Origin: the human T2T-CHM13v2.0 reference genome, Homo sapiens
Reading direction: 5' to 3' (one strand)
DNA length: 64,000 nt
Assembly: GCF_009914755.1 (NCBI RefSeq)
Contig: NC_060931.1
Shown here: positions 1 to 12,989 of the stretch, piece after piece
Layout: every line of letters begins with the position of its first letter
Position numbering within the stretch: position 1 is the first letter of the stretch
The notes under the pieces: model-generated
What the model saw: the letters and a program-made list of their open reading frames with translations, nothing else
Databases searched by the model: none
What the model was told of the DNA's origin: nothing
Translations under genes and position numbers: made by a program

Positions 1-142
1 ATGCTTTGCTCCAAGGTGTAAAACTACCTCCTAAGAGGCAGTTTGCTTTTGGCGGGGGGGCAAAGCCAGTTAGGAAATACTGGTGGCCTAAAACCCAGGT
101 CCTTTATGACCTAATTCTAGCTTTATAAAAATTTTTCAGCTT

Positions 143-260
143 GGCCAGGTGTGGTGGCTCATGCCTATGATCCCAGCACTTTGGGAGGTTACAGCAGAAG
201 GGTCACTTGAGGCCAGTAGTTCAAGACCAGCCTAGACAACATAGGGAGACCTTATCTTAA
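143..260 (+). mobile_element. Alu left monomer (FLAM/AluJ-type)
   Basis: GGCCAGGTGTGGTGGCTCATGCC...CCCAGCACTTTGGGAGG...AGTTCAAGACCAGCC; single arm, followed by (CA)n and an A-rich tail. Confidence 0.85.
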
Positions 261-366
261 ACACACACACACACATACACACACGCACACACACACACAC
301 ACACATACACAGCAAAAAAAAAAAAACAAAAAACAAAAAACAAAAAAACGAGAAGAAGAACAAAAA
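261..366. repeat. (CA)n microsatellite plus A-rich tract
   Basis: Interrupted CA run 261-311, then poly-A/(CAAAAA)n. Confidence 0.95.
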
Positions 367-1591
367 CATCTTTTTGGGGGCAGGAGTTGCAGTACAGCTC
401 ACTTTGACTTTTGGCTTCCCTCCTCTCTTACATTAAACTCCTGGCCTGTTTAACTTTGTTTGGCAGATTGTTTTGGTTTTTTGCTTTGACAGATCCAAAT
501 AAAATAATTAAATCAGTCAGGACTGAGAGATCTAGATGCATGTTGACTCTTAGGGAGTTCATGGGATCGTCACCAAATCTATTCTTGCATCACCTGAATC
601 TTCCCAGGTTGAAGATGAGAGCAGACACTGAAGGTCATATTCTTGCTGCTGGCTTGTATTTGCTGCCAAGTCCCCCAGGGCATGTTCTTTTTCCTTCTGT
701 GAATCAGGTCGGATTTCATATACCATTTTGTGTTATTTATTTTGGAATTTTTCTCTTAAAATAGCTCCTCCGTAAAGAAAGCATATTGTTCATATCATTG
801 TGATTATGATTTCAGCAAAGGAGATAAAACTCTATAATAAAATAAATGTCCTTCCTAGAAAAATATTTGAGTTGAATAAAACTTCAGAATACTGCCAGGA
901 ATATTGTAACTTTCGTTTGCCTCAAAATGCTATTCTGATCCTTCATCTTTCATTATTAATCCATTCAACAACCATTTATTAAACCCTTACATTTGTGCCA
1001 GAACCTTCTAGACATACTGATTTAAAACATGTATTCTCAAGTTGCAAAATCGCCCTCCAGATCACCCTGGGTCATTGGATCAACGATACAATAATGTGTA
1101 TTGTTGATTATCAGGTCAACAATGATCCAATACACGTTATTGGGTCAAAATTGTTGACCTAATTCACATTATATGTGTTTTTCACTCAAAAAGTCTGGAA
1201 GGCTCAGAAAAGACTGGAGGAAATGCACATTTTTTCCTCTGTCATACCCATGCATATTGGTTGTTCTAGATTAGATAATTAAGTAGACTTAGTGCAAAAA
1301 TCATTTTATTTTCATATTTCACTATTTAGGTTATTGGTATATTTGTAACTTTTTACTTTTAACTACTGCTTTAAGCGTTTTTCATTGATGACATTAAGCA
1401 TGTAAGAAATGATCTTAATGGTTATTTTGACTATAGATATCAGTGTCTTTCTCATTATGTGCTTTGTATAAGAAAGGACATAAATATCAAGCAAGAAATA
1501 ACAAAAGCATTGCATTCAGAAACAAGAACATACAAGTTAATGAAAAGAAGGTAAAACATAATTTTTTCGACCATTAAAAACATAGGAAAGG

Positions 1592-1880
1592 GGCCAGGCA
1601 TGATGGCTTTTGCCTGTAATCTCAGCACTTTGGGAGGCTGAGAGGAGAAGATCATTTGAGGCTAAGAGTTCGAAATCAGCCTGGGTAACATAGTGAGACC
1701 CCCCATCTCTATAACAAAACTTAAAATTAGCCTAGTGTGGTGCCATGTGCCTGCAGTCTTATCTGCTGGAGTGGCTAAACCTGGAAGATGGGTTGAGCCC
1801 ACAAATTTGAGGATGCAGTGAGCTATGATTGCCCCACTGCACTCCAGCCAGGGTAACAGAACAAGAGCCTGTCTGTAAAA
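1592..1880 (+). mobile_element. AluJ (full dimer, diverged)
   Basis: Two arms with A-rich linker; J-type GAGCTATGATTGC and TTGAGCCC motifs. Confidence 0.9.
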
Positions 1881-2055
1881 TATATATATATGTAAAATAT
1901 GTGTATATGTGTATATAAATAATATGTGTATACTATATATGTGTGTGTATATGTATACATATATACATATGTGTGTATACTATATATGTGTGTGTATGTA
2001 TGTATGTGTGTATATATGTGTATATGTACATATACATATATGTATACATATATAT
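1881..2055. repeat. (TA)n/(TATG)n compound microsatellite at the Alu tail
   Basis: Alternating TA/TG/CA dinucleotides. Confidence 0.9.
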
Positions 2056-2544
2056 GGACTTTTAAACTTTTTTAGCAGCTTTATGGCTTTCAGTGCTATT
2101 TGGATATTTACTTTGAATGAAGCAAGATTATTTGAGAACTGTTTATATTTCATGATGTCACCTTCCATGATAGTTTTTCTATTATAGGAGATTCTCAGTT
2201 CATTACCCGACCATGATGACAAGTGAAAACTATGAATTATTTTCACTAAATCAAGTAATCGACTTTCATAAAATACAGTTCATTAATGTTTCCTCTTCAG
2301 CATATTGTTTTAAGATAGTCCTAAGTCATTTTCAGTTCTTTAACATAATAAAATACTCAATAGAATACATTAAAAGAGGATTCAGAACTTGTATTCTTTC
2401 ATTTTAAAATGTCTCCTGGAAACACAATTTACTTTATTTTGGTGTTTATTCATGGACCAACGTCCCCTAATTATGATAGCTGTATCTTGAATACTGTTAA
2501 TGCAACCACTTCAATTTGAGTGGTAGATATCTTCTATTTATTCT

Positions 2545-2705
2545 TCTAGATCCACTCTCCACATTTTTTACCATAGTATTTGGCAGGCTGCTGACTTCTG
2601 TCAGTGACATTAATTGACTTCTTGTCCTTGATCTTCTTCTTCCATTTGGCCAGTGGCAAACCCTGGGAGGAGAGGGGAAGGAAGAAAGTGATGATGTATT
2701 ATCTT
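2545..2705 (-). mobile_element. LTR33-like (ERVL) LTR fragment
   Basis: CTAGATCCACTCTCCAC...TTTGGCCAGTGGCAAA...GGAGGAGAGGGG resembles the remembered LTR33 reverse strand. Confidence 0.45.
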
Positions 2706-2959
2706 TTTTTTTTTTCTATAATGCTAACTTCATTTTGCTAGTCACTTAGGAATATTTTTTTACAGCTGAATTGCTGAGTAAGACTCTACATTTTCCCTTT
2801 CCCACAAGTACTCTTGAGTTTTTTTTTTTAATAAGATTATACCAGCCCTATGTTTATGTTAGAAAAGATGACCTAAGGTAGGAGTTAGAAAACCATATCT
2901 TTTTAATATCATAAAGCAGACGCTGTCATTCTCTTTTGAAAAAATTATTTCACTAGTTT

Positions 2960-3460
2960 AACTTCACTCTCTGAATGAAGCCCTAACTCTTTTAATTGCC
3001 AGGAGGCCCTTCATAAATTGACAGCGCCTGTTTCTCTGACCCCATTTCTGTGGACCTCCCCTGCCCTCACTCCACTCTAAGTACATCAGCTTTCTCGCTG
3101 CTTCTCAAAAAAGATGAGCTTTTCCTTGCCTCCTGACCTTTGCAACTGTTTGCCTTACCTGCCGATCTTCTTACGCTTTCTTCCACCCTCTCCACTCCCC
3201 ATTGAAATGTCCAACTCAAAGCAGCTCTGACCACTTTCAAGAACTCCTAGTATCTCTCTAACCCCTTATTTTGTTTTACTTTGCTATAATGGACACTTAC
3301 CTTTTGCGAACTTTATTTGCTCATTTGTTTAATGCCTTTCTTCAACAAAATATCAGTTGTGAGGGAAAGGACTGTCTGGGTTGCTTTCAATCACATTTTC
3401 AAACCAAGAAACACTCCAGGCTTGTAGTAACTGCTCCATAAGTATGTGTGGAATGAAATA
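2960..3460 (+). mobile_element. L2 3' fragment
   Basis: CT-rich L2-like body ending CTCCATAAGTATGTGTGGAATGAA, like the L2 3' terminus. Confidence 0.6.
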
Positions 3461-3869
3461 TAATGGAAAGCAGATGCCTTCATAGGTTTACTGAGGCAGT
3501 GTCTGTGCTGCCATTTCATTGCCCTGTGGCAGGCATCATTTTCCCATCACTGCATACTTGATTTGATTTACTCTTCTGACTATTAATTCTAGTTACTATT
3601 ATCAATAGATGTTGGCATAGATGATAAACTTCCTTTCCACTCTTTCTACATTTAAAACCATTCTGGATTTTTTAAAATTAGAATTAAATGCATCCAGTTA
3701 TATAAGATATTCCCAACTTTTATATATCATGTTAGTAAACATGTTTTAAAATTATTTTAATGTTACATTTGATAAGCTGTCAAGAGGCAGTGTTGAACAA
3801 CTTTATATTGTTCTCTTTTCTATTAATTATCCTTCATTTTCTACAAGATTTAAATAAAATATATAATAT

Positions 3870-4060
3870 TAAATTAGCATTTACTATGTTACAGACACTC
3901 TTATGAGTGTTTTACAGGAATTAGTTCATTTAAGTCTCATAACACTCCATGAAGTCAGTACTCTCACTTCCAAGATATGGGAATTAAGGCACAAGTAATT
4001 TGTCTGACAAATGCCTGGGTCCAGAACCTGGCAGGGACTGTGGAGCTGAGAGCCTTCTCC
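3870..4060 (-). mobile_element. MIR
   Basis: AGCATTTACTATGT...TCATTTAAGTCTCATAACA...GAATTAAGGCACA MIR core. Confidence 0.6.
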
Positions 4061-4159
4061 CAAAATGAGAACAGCTTGTTTCTACATCTTAGCTCATGAG
4101 CTCACGGTCAGTGCTCAGTGAATGTTATTTTTCTTTATAATAATAAAGAAAATAAAGAT

Positions 4160-4520
4160 TGTATTAGTCTGTTTTCACACTGCTGATAAAGACATACTGG
4201 AGACTGGGTAATTTATAAAGAAAAAGAAGTTTAATGGGCTCACAGTTCCACGTGGCTGGGGAGGCCTCACTATCATGGCTGAAGGCAAAAGGCACATCTT
4301 ACATGGTGGCAGACAAGACAGAACAAGAGCCAAGTGAAAGGGGTTTCCCTTTTAAAACCATCAGATCTCGTAAGACTTATTCACTACCATGAGAACAGTA
4401 TGTGGGATACCACTCCCATGATTCAATTATTTCCCACCTGGTCCCTCCCACAACACATGGGAATTATGGCAGCTAAAAATTCAAGATGAGATTTGGGTGG
4501 GGACACAGCCAAATATATCA
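4160..4520 (-). mobile_element. THE1 (THE1B/C-type) MaLR solo LTR
   Basis: TGTATTAGTC...GAGATTTGGGTGGGGACACAGCCAAATATATCA; 5-bp TSD AAGAT/CAGAT. Confidence 0.92.
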
Positions 4521-4524
4521 CAGA

Positions 4525-4850
4525 TAATAATGAAAAGTTTATGTCCTCCACAAATTCACATGTTGAAAGCCTAATACCTATTGCTATGGTATTTGGAAAC
4601 AGGAGCCTATGGTGATTAGGTCCTGAAGTTGGAGCCTTCGTGATGGGATTAGAGCCCTTATAGAAAGAAATTCATAAAAGCTCCTTTATGCTCTCTCTTT
4701 CTGCCATTCGAAGAACACCAAGAAGGTAGCCACCTGTAAGCCAGGAAAAGGGCCCTCACTAGGAACCTGACCATGCTGGCACCATGTCGGCACCATGTCT
4801 TAGAATTCCAGCTTTCAGAACTGTGAGAAATAAATGTTTGTTTAAGCCAA
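4525..4850 (+). mobile_element. MLT1A-type MaLR LTR
   Basis: ATGTCCTCCACAAATTCACATGTTGAA...CCAGCTTTCAGAACTGTGAGAAATAAATG. Confidence 0.8.
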
Positions 4851-6177
4851 ACATAAATACAATTAAATAAAACTTAAAATTAAGTAAATAAAGATCTTAC
4901 CTGAGTAGAAAATTCTACACAACAGTGGAGTTGAAATATGAACCCAGAGGCCACAGATGGGAGCTTTTTATTACTTCATTATGTTTTCCCTCTTTATCAT
5001 CCCAACTAAACCATTTAAGGAGTATATTTTCTAATACTTTGATGACAATTAGGTGTGCAAGTACAAAACTCTGCTGTGCTGTGCTTGGTTTTCCCATTTA
5101 TATATTAGTAGAAGGAGAAAAACATTTTGTCATCTCTTTGGAAACTCAAACTTACAGAGGGCTGAATATTTGTTTTATTATCTTTTAATCTGTTGTCTAC
5201 AAAATCTCAGGGGATGAAATATTATCCTCATTAGATTCACAAGGACTTACTAACTTCAGAAATGTCTTCAGAGATGTGTTTGCAGAATTGTGGCTTTGTG
5301 TTTGCATAATAAACCAGCAGCATTTAAATGACATTCCTAAATCTGTTGAAGCTATAATGTGAGCAAAATTAATATCTGAGAGATGTTTATAAGGAATTAT
5401 TTTTGTTACCAGCCAAGTAATTATTGGCATTGAGTAGATTCCAGGAAAGTCTTTTAAAAATCCTTCCAGAATTTTGAGCCAAGTCTGCATTCTTTGCACT
5501 GCCATCCAATAGAACCCTATCACATGGAACAATTCTAATTCCACACACGTTACTCTAGATCTTAGGTATTTTAACCTACAGGAAAAGCCAATAAAACTGT
5601 ATTGGTTTTCTCAAGAATAAACTGAATAATCTCAAATATGTAAACCAAATTTTTCATGTTTTATTTGTAAAAGCAGGTTATAGAATTGGATGATCTCTAA
5701 TTTTTCTTAGAGCTTTAAAATTGTGGGATTTATTAGGATATGGCAAATATTTTCATCAAATACAGTATCTTATGGAAACCCAGACATCATAAGAAGTCCT
5801 ACTTACAAAATCATCTTAAGGCCCTGCCTGATTTTTAGCCCAGTCTTTAATTATTCATGTGTGTTCCATTTATTTATTTATTTTGGGTGAGGAGGTGGGG
5901 GTCAAGACCCTGGATTGGGATGAAACTTCAAATGCTACTATTGGTTATGTTTTGCTAAAAATGGATGTTTTCTGAAAACATGAAAAATTTATGATTTTTT
6001 GACACAATAAATGGAAAATATGGATATTTCAAAAACTAAGGGAAAAAATAGCAAAAAATATATACAAGTTTTACCCCCAAGAGTTATGATCTCTGTCACT
6101 TGTGCTTGGTGAACTGATCCCTATAATTTTTTTTTTTTTTTTTTTTTACAAAATATAAAAACACATTATCTTCTTTT

Positions 6178-7428
6178 ATTATTTTTCTACCTTTTATTTT
6201 AGAGTCAGGGGATACATATGCAGCTTTGCTACAAAGGTATATTGCATGGTGCTGAGGTTTGAAGCACAAATATATTCGTCGTCTAGATAGTGACCATAGT
6301 ACCCAACAGTTAGTTTTTCAACTCTTGCCTCCTCCTTCTCTCCTTCCTCTGCTGGTCTCTAGTGTCTGTTGTTGCCATCTTTGTGTCCATTTGTACCCAA
6401 TGTTTAGCTCCCACTTATAAGTGAAGATACGCAGTATTTGGTTTTCTGTTCCCGCATTAATTAGCTTAGGATAATGGCTTCCAGCTACATCCATGTTGCT
6501 ACAAAGGACACGGTTTCTTTCTTATGGCTATATAGTATTTTAGTGGTGTATATAAACCATATTTCCTTCATTCAACCCACCTTTGATAGGCACGTGGGTT
6601 GATTCCATGTCTTTGCTATGGTGAATAGTGCTGTAATGAACATATGAATGCATGTATCTTTTTGGCAGAATGATTTATTTTCTTTTGGGAATATACCCAG
6701 TGATAAGGTTTGGCTGTGTCCCCACCTAAAATCTCATCTTGAATTGTAATCCAAATTATAATCCCCATGTGTTAGGGGAGGGACTTCATGGGAGGTGATT
6801 AGATCATGGTTCCGCCATGCTGTTCTCATCGTAGTGAGTGAGTTCTCACGACATCTGATGGTTTTATAAAGGCCTTTCCCCCCTCTTCACCCTGCATTTC
6901 TCTCTCCTGCCACCATGTGAAGGATGTGTTTGCTTCCCCTTCTGCCATGATTGTGAGTTTCCTGAGGCCTCCCCAGCCATGCAGAACTGTAAGTCAATTA
7001 AACCTCTTTCCTAAGTTACCCAGTCTTGGGCAGTTCTTTATAGCAGTGTGAGAACAGACTAATATACTCAGTAATGGGATTGCTGAGCTGAATGGTAGGT
7101 CAGCTCCTAGTGCTGTACAAAAATAAGTAGCATTTCTGTACACAAATAATGTTCAGGCTGAGAACCAAATCAAGAATGCGATACCTTTTACAATAGCTAC
7201 AAAAAGAAGAAAATATCTAGGAATACAACTAAGCAAAGAGCTGAAGAATCTCCACAAGGAGAACCATAAAACACTGCTGAAAGAAATCAGAGATGATGCA
7301 AATAAATGGAAAAATATTCCATGTTCATGGATTGAATCAATATTGTTAAAATGACCACACTGCCCAAAGCAATTTACAGATTCAAACCTATTCTGATCAA
7401 ACTACAAATGTCACTTTTTGCAGAATAG
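6178..7428 (-). mobile_element. 5'-truncated, 5'-inverted L1PA15/16-like element interrupted by THE1D
   Basis: L1 3' end on minus strand (6178-6700, 7067-7112) joined to a plus-strand ORF2 piece (7114-7428); degenerate TSD TTATCTTCTTTT (6166)/TTATGTACTTTT (7430). Confidence 0.8.
6701..7066 (+). mobile_element. THE1D-type solo LTR
   Basis: TGATAAGGTTTGGCTGTGTCCCCACC...GAACAGACTAATATA; TSD CCCAG/CTCAG. Confidence 0.92.
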
Positions 7429-8449
7429 GTTATGTACTTTTTAACTATTTGGTGTGTTACATAGGTACCGTAACTGTAAATTTGTTTTATGTAGTTGTTT
7501 ATATAGTTCTAAATAACTAATGGACTTGAATTATTTTAGCCATGGATATGCATTTGTACATTGTATTTTTCAAAATTTTTATTTATTTCAAAACTGAAAT
7601 ACAGCATATTATTCTTTACAATGTTATTTCACAATATTCCCTATAAAGGTGTTTCCAATAATTTCAGAGATAACTTTTAAAATTATATTTAAGCTCCTGG
7701 CACATACTTCTGATAATTGCATTGCCTTTCTCTTTTCTTTAGTTGCTAGTAGTAATTCTCAAAAAATACGTTTTTTTCTATGTGTTCAAATTTGCAGTTA
7801 TTGAGGTTTTAAAGGGAAGATTTACACATGTGTGTGCACATGCATATTTAAAAGAAAACAGTTTTTATTTTCATTGGAATATTCTCATAAGAACCAAATA
7901 AACTTTAGCTTAGAAATTTAGGACAACGAAGAGAAGATTTTGCGAGAACTCAGCAAATTTAAGTGTTTCTGTCTCTGCTCCATTCCTTTCAAATGCATAA
8001 GTACATACAGCCAATACACACACATTATCATTTGTGAAATGCCATCTTGTTAGGTTATAATAAATGTACTAAAGAGTTAAGAACATCAGGACAGAATGTT
8101 TAAAAATAATGGCTCTAAACAATTGATCAAAACACTATTTTAGTATAAAAAATTAGTTTCTCCAATTTCTCCAAAATCATCTTATAGATTATTTAGAATA
8201 ATTTCAAGCTGTTTTTTTAACATCAAAGAGAATGTTAATGTAAGTTGTTCCACTTTCTGCTAATATATAAAATAATCATATTATGTTTGAAGTGTCATTT
8301 ATTAGTTTTTTTGGAAGAAGCCATAGTTTATGACCTATCTTGGTTACTATTGATGTTCAATGAATTTTAAGCATGTAAATAGGGCATTTTCAATAGAAAA
8401 GTTCATCTGATTTCTAACTATTATTTTACCAGTAACAAACTCCGTAATA

Positions 8450-8686
8450 TAATTGTCCCTGGGTATATGCAGGGGATGGGTTCCAGGACCGTCTGCCTAT
8501 ACCAAAACCCAAATATTCAAGACCTGCAGTTAGCTCTGTGAAATCCAGGTATATGAAAAGTTGGTGCTCCTGATATGTGGGTTTTGGATCCAGAAAATAC
8601 TGTATTTTTGATCCCCACGTTTGGTTGAAAAAAATTTGCATATAAGTGGACCTGCACAGTTCAAATTTGTGTGTGAGGTTCAACTG
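8450..8686 (+). mobile_element. MER8 (TcMar-Tigger MITE)
   Basis: TTGTCCCTGGGTAT...GGTTCCAGGACC...TAAGTGGACCTGCACAGTTCAAA...TCAACTG; about 237 bp, TA at left end. Confidence 0.8.
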
Positions 8687-8879
8687 TGCTTCTTTTCTTG
8701 CATATTATTTATTTGCAGGTACATTGCAGCTAAAATTGGAGGAAGAATAAATTTGACAGGTAGCAATGGAATAGTGGAAAGAGTGGTCCCTATTTTGGCT
8801 GTTACTACTATACAGCTCCTTCTCTTCTTGGGCATCTCGAAACCTCCCAGTGCCATCTTAAGAACTGAGTGAGATGTTT

Positions 8880-9170
8880 CCTACTCAGTATGTATTGAGT
8901 ATCAGCTATGGGTTAGATGCTGTTCTAAGCATGGAGAGTACAATGTTCCTTGAGGTAGATGAGGTCCCATACATATGGGATTTACATTCAGGTGATGAAT
9001 AGGACATTGCACTACAGGATGGGGCTGGAGGGCCCACTGGAGCATAAGTAGAGTGCAACAGAAGACTTCGAGGAGAAAGCCCATGTCTAACTGGGGCCAA
9101 AATGCTGATGAGCAGGAATTAGTCAAGCAAAATTAGTCAAGGAAGGGAGGGGAAGTAGAGAGTAAATTAC
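8880..9170 (-). mobile_element. L2 fragment
   Basis: TATGTATTGAGTATCAGCTATG...TGTTCTAAGC purine-rich antisense L2 3' end. Confidence 0.55.
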
Positions 9171-10299
9171 TTTGTAAATGATAGGCTGCTACTCAAAATA
9201 AAAAGTACAATAATTATTATCATTCTAAAAACTTGTAGACAAAATTATAATTTGCTTTTCTAGCTCCCTTAAAAATTTTTACAGCTCTCAATGTCATATA
9301 TGCCTTTAAAGGTAAGTCTCTACAAGCCTAATCACTGCATTTGATAAGTTCAAGAGTTTATAATCAATGGTGGTCTAATGAAATTTTTTAAATGCATGTG
9401 TATCTCCCAGACCCCCAAACTAAAAATTTCATGGAAAAATATGTTTACATGTTAGATGAGTTATGTTAACTACTTATGTTTAGCCAACTAGTTGTGTGGT
9501 TTCTTGGAAAACTATTTTCAGAGGACATAGAAACAATGTAAATAAAATGAAATTATAATTTGCTTCCGAAATGTTAAGTTACTCTTAACGTCTTTGGATA
9601 TTTACATTGTTGATTCCAATAAAATAAAAAACCTGCAGCTTACATCAAATAAATCTTTTATTTTTTGCATAAGAAAATTTTTAAAAAATGAATTATTAAC
9701 AAGTTAGTGGCAAGAAACGAGAATACCAGGGATCCAGTAGTCTAATGTAAATAATAATATAGGGGAATGTCACATGGGTAATTAACTTTGAGGCATTTCC
9801 TGGGATTTAAACAGTGTTAGGAAATTTGGCAAAACAAGCTCTTATATAGCTGATGTAAAAATGCACACACGTTGGCATTGTTTGAATTCTGCCACTTCCT
9901 CTAGTTTGTCCTTAAAAAAGCAAGAGCAATACATGATAATTATAGTTAATATAAATGGATATCTTTAATTATTTAAGATTTTAATCTTACAGAGAAAGTT
10001 TCAGCAATTATTTTTATTGTCTTCAGAACTTCTTTTTGCAAGGAAAGCAATTAGTTGGACATGGATTGAAACGAGCCAATAAGAAAACTTAAGTGATTCT
10101 ATTTGTCATGTTTTCAATTACCGTATTGTCTTGGAGTGTGCTCTGCCAGTATTTTAACAACTGACTTATCACTTGAAGTCAAAGATTCTTTTCAGCATGA
10201 ATTGTAAACTAAGCATTTCAATAATATGTGAGTGTATTTTGCACAGGATAGAACTTGTCGTGTTTCATTATGCTCTTTAACTCTGAATATATGTAAGTC

Positions 10300-10300
<1 letters not shown>

Positions 10301-10334
<34 letters not shown>
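10301..10334. repeat. (GT)17 microsatellite
   Basis: Perfect GT run. Confidence 0.97.
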
Positions 10335-10340
<6 letters not shown>

Positions 10341-11505
10341 TTTCCCTTTACATTTTTAAGATTTCAAGAATAGACTAATTCTAGTACAAATTACTCTAAA
10401 ACGATTCCTTGTAAAGTTAACCCAATTGTTTCTCTGGCTGCTTTTATAAAAATTTGAAGGTTTATTCACCCCTCAACCCTGCAATCAAAACTGATTTTAA
10501 AAGAGCATCTGAAGCCTAGAGCTGGAGGAATGTTTTTTCATGTGTTTTATTTTGGTAATTACTTTCTTAATTTGTCAGGATTTTTCTGACTCTAAGGTTT
10601 TCCCTTATGCTATCAATTTTTTGTTCAGTTTTCTTAAAAAAAAAAAAAAAAGAAATATCTTTATACCAAGATAGCACCAATCTCACTTTCAAAGCTGCCA
10701 AAATTTGCCCTCCTACATTCTTTTATTGTTTTTAATGTTTAATTCTAAAACAGACAAAGAAAAAAATTGCAGCACTATAATTCTTTTTGGTAGATATCTC
10801 CAATGATTCACATTTGTGCCCTGGTATATTCAATAAGACTACTAATCTTTGCCTCACAGATCCATGGAAAGAATAACATGGGAGGCTATTGGGACTGCCT
10901 GGACTGTATGTTTTTTTCTGTTTCTTAATCTAATATTCTACCAATCTCTCTTTAAAAATGTTAATTGATGATCACATCTTTTTCTTTTTAGGCATTTCAA
11001 ATTTTGTAACATTAGTATTCTGTATGCTTAGTGTGCCAAGTAGGAATCTGCTTAAAATCATCAGGAAATTTTCATACCAACGTGTTCCTCAGTACCAAAA
11101 TTGTACAATCATCACATGGAATAAGTTTATCTAGTATAGCCTCCTATGTCATGAGTGAATTCTCTTTATGCGTGAACACGAAATGGATTTTTCTGTATTT
11201 GCTTGACTAACACAAGTGTTATAAACTCATCATTTTCAAGCAACTCTTCTTGCTGGAAAACTTTTGCTAAATTCCTGTAATTTGCCAGTGAGTGACGTCT
11301 GCCCTGCTGCTCCGTGGATCATAGGAAATAGACCTAATATTTCTGCCATGTAAAAACCCTTAACTCCTTTATGGTGTGTCTGTATCCCCTCATGCTTCTC
11401 TCCATTCCCCAGTCTCCTTATTTACTCTTCTATCCATCAGACTAAGTATTCATAAAAATCTTCATTTTTTTCTATCTCAGATATCTAGATATCTACATAG
11501 TTTTT

Positions 11506-11812
11506 TTGTTTGTTTGTTTGTTTGCGACAGTGGAGTTTTGCTCTTGTGGCCCAGGCTGGAGTACAATGGCGCGATCTTGGCTCACTGCAAACTCGCCTCC
11601 CCAGTTCAGACAATTCTCCTGCCTCAGCCTCCCGAGTAGCTGGGATTACGGGCGCCCACCACCACACCCAACTGATTCTGTTTTATGTTTTGTTTTGTTT
11701 TGTTTTTTTGTATTTTTAATAGAGACAGGTTTCTCCATGTTGGCCAGGCTGGTCTCCAACTCCTGTAATCCTAGCACTTTGGGAGGCCGAGGCAGCGGAT
11801 CACCTGATGTCA
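11506..11812 (-). mobile_element. AluSq/Sp-type with inverted 5' segment
   Basis: Minus-strand Alu 11506-11765 continues into a plus-strand Alu left-arm piece 11762-11812; TSD TACAT(A/G)GTTTTT at 11494 and 11817. Confidence 0.92.
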
Positions 11813-11964
11813 TAAGTACATGGTTTTTATTTATCTCATTTAATTGTAATTATTTTACATTAATATCCTGCAGCCTGACCTTCATTATTAATAAGTATGA
11901 GTAAAGCCATTGAATCAGTTTTTCTTTCACATTACCATTTATTTTTCTGTATTTTTTTTCTAAA

Positions 11965-12110
11965 ATTTCTTTCAGTAAGAAATTTTGTTGAAATCCAGGC
12001 ATACGGTCTATATTCCCCTGTATTTTCTCTAATTGCCTTGTCAAAACAAACAAAAGAATTAAGTTGAGTCTGGCCTTAATAAACTCAGGCTGGTTTCCTG
12101 ATATGCTTTT
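11965..12110 (-). mobile_element. L3/CR1 RT fragment
   Basis: Reverse strand TGCCTGGATTTCAACAAA = CLDFNK, like the CR1 RT motif YLDFSKAFD, preceded by a CAGACTCAACTTAATT (QTNLI-like) relic. Confidence 0.5.
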
Positions 12111-12989
12111 TTTCTAAGGTGTTAATGCAAATTTAGCATTTTATTCTAGATGAGATTGTATTCACAGATGTACACTTCACAGGTCATTTCCTTGACCACC
12201 CTAGCATTTCTTGTATAACCTACAATTAGTCAAAAAGAATTTATCTAAGTTCTTTTCTTATGTTAGGGTGTCCACTTTTAGTCTTAGAGATATAAACTGA
12301 CTTAGGGTTGTTCTGTATATGTTTATGTTATCTTTGATAACCTTGATTTTTAGCTCTGACTACCAAGTATTTAAGTCCAAAATTTATTTACTTAGAAAAT
12401 CTAGCCAATGAAATAATCTATCATCCATTGACATTAGATCATTAGCCTCAAGGACCAGGTTTTTGTGTTTTTTTCCCTCTTCTTACTCAAACAGAGTTCC
12501 AAATCTTTGAAAATTATATAATATTTCTTTAAACAATGTTATTTACAACATGGTATCATTTTATTTAACCTTCATTAAATATACTTTGGTTTTATTTTGG
12601 GCAGAACCTGATGATATCTGAATAGTAGAACTCGTGTGGAAATTTTCTCAATTTTATAACGTTTCTATTTTTTTCTCTCCAGAATATTTTATACATATAT
12701 GGCTAACAAATTAATTTTACCTTACTTTCTATCACTTGTTAATTAACTTTCATTTACCTTTTATTGATATATTGGTAACAATTGTATTTTACTCTATCAT
12801 TTCATATGTAAGGTAACTTCCACATCATGTGTTTTTCCTTATCAAAAATTTAAATTTAACTATATTCTAATGCTTTCCTTTTTAGTTATCATTAAATTGA
12901 AATAATCAAGACCACCATTTCCTAGGACCTTTTTCACTTCTATTCTGCCTACCCATTTTTTTTTCATCTTGATAAGAATTTGGTCCAGA

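Noticed and set aside
411-764. 117-aa ORF
   Set aside because: Non-ATG start, no homology recognised, no splice context.
4901-5590. Minus-strand 115-aa ORF with a good acceptor (TTTTCCTGTAG near 5577) and a strong donor (CAG/GTAAGA at 4901)
   Set aside because: No recognisable protein similarity and the sites do not define one sensible exon; could be a lncRNA exon, but that needs RNA data.
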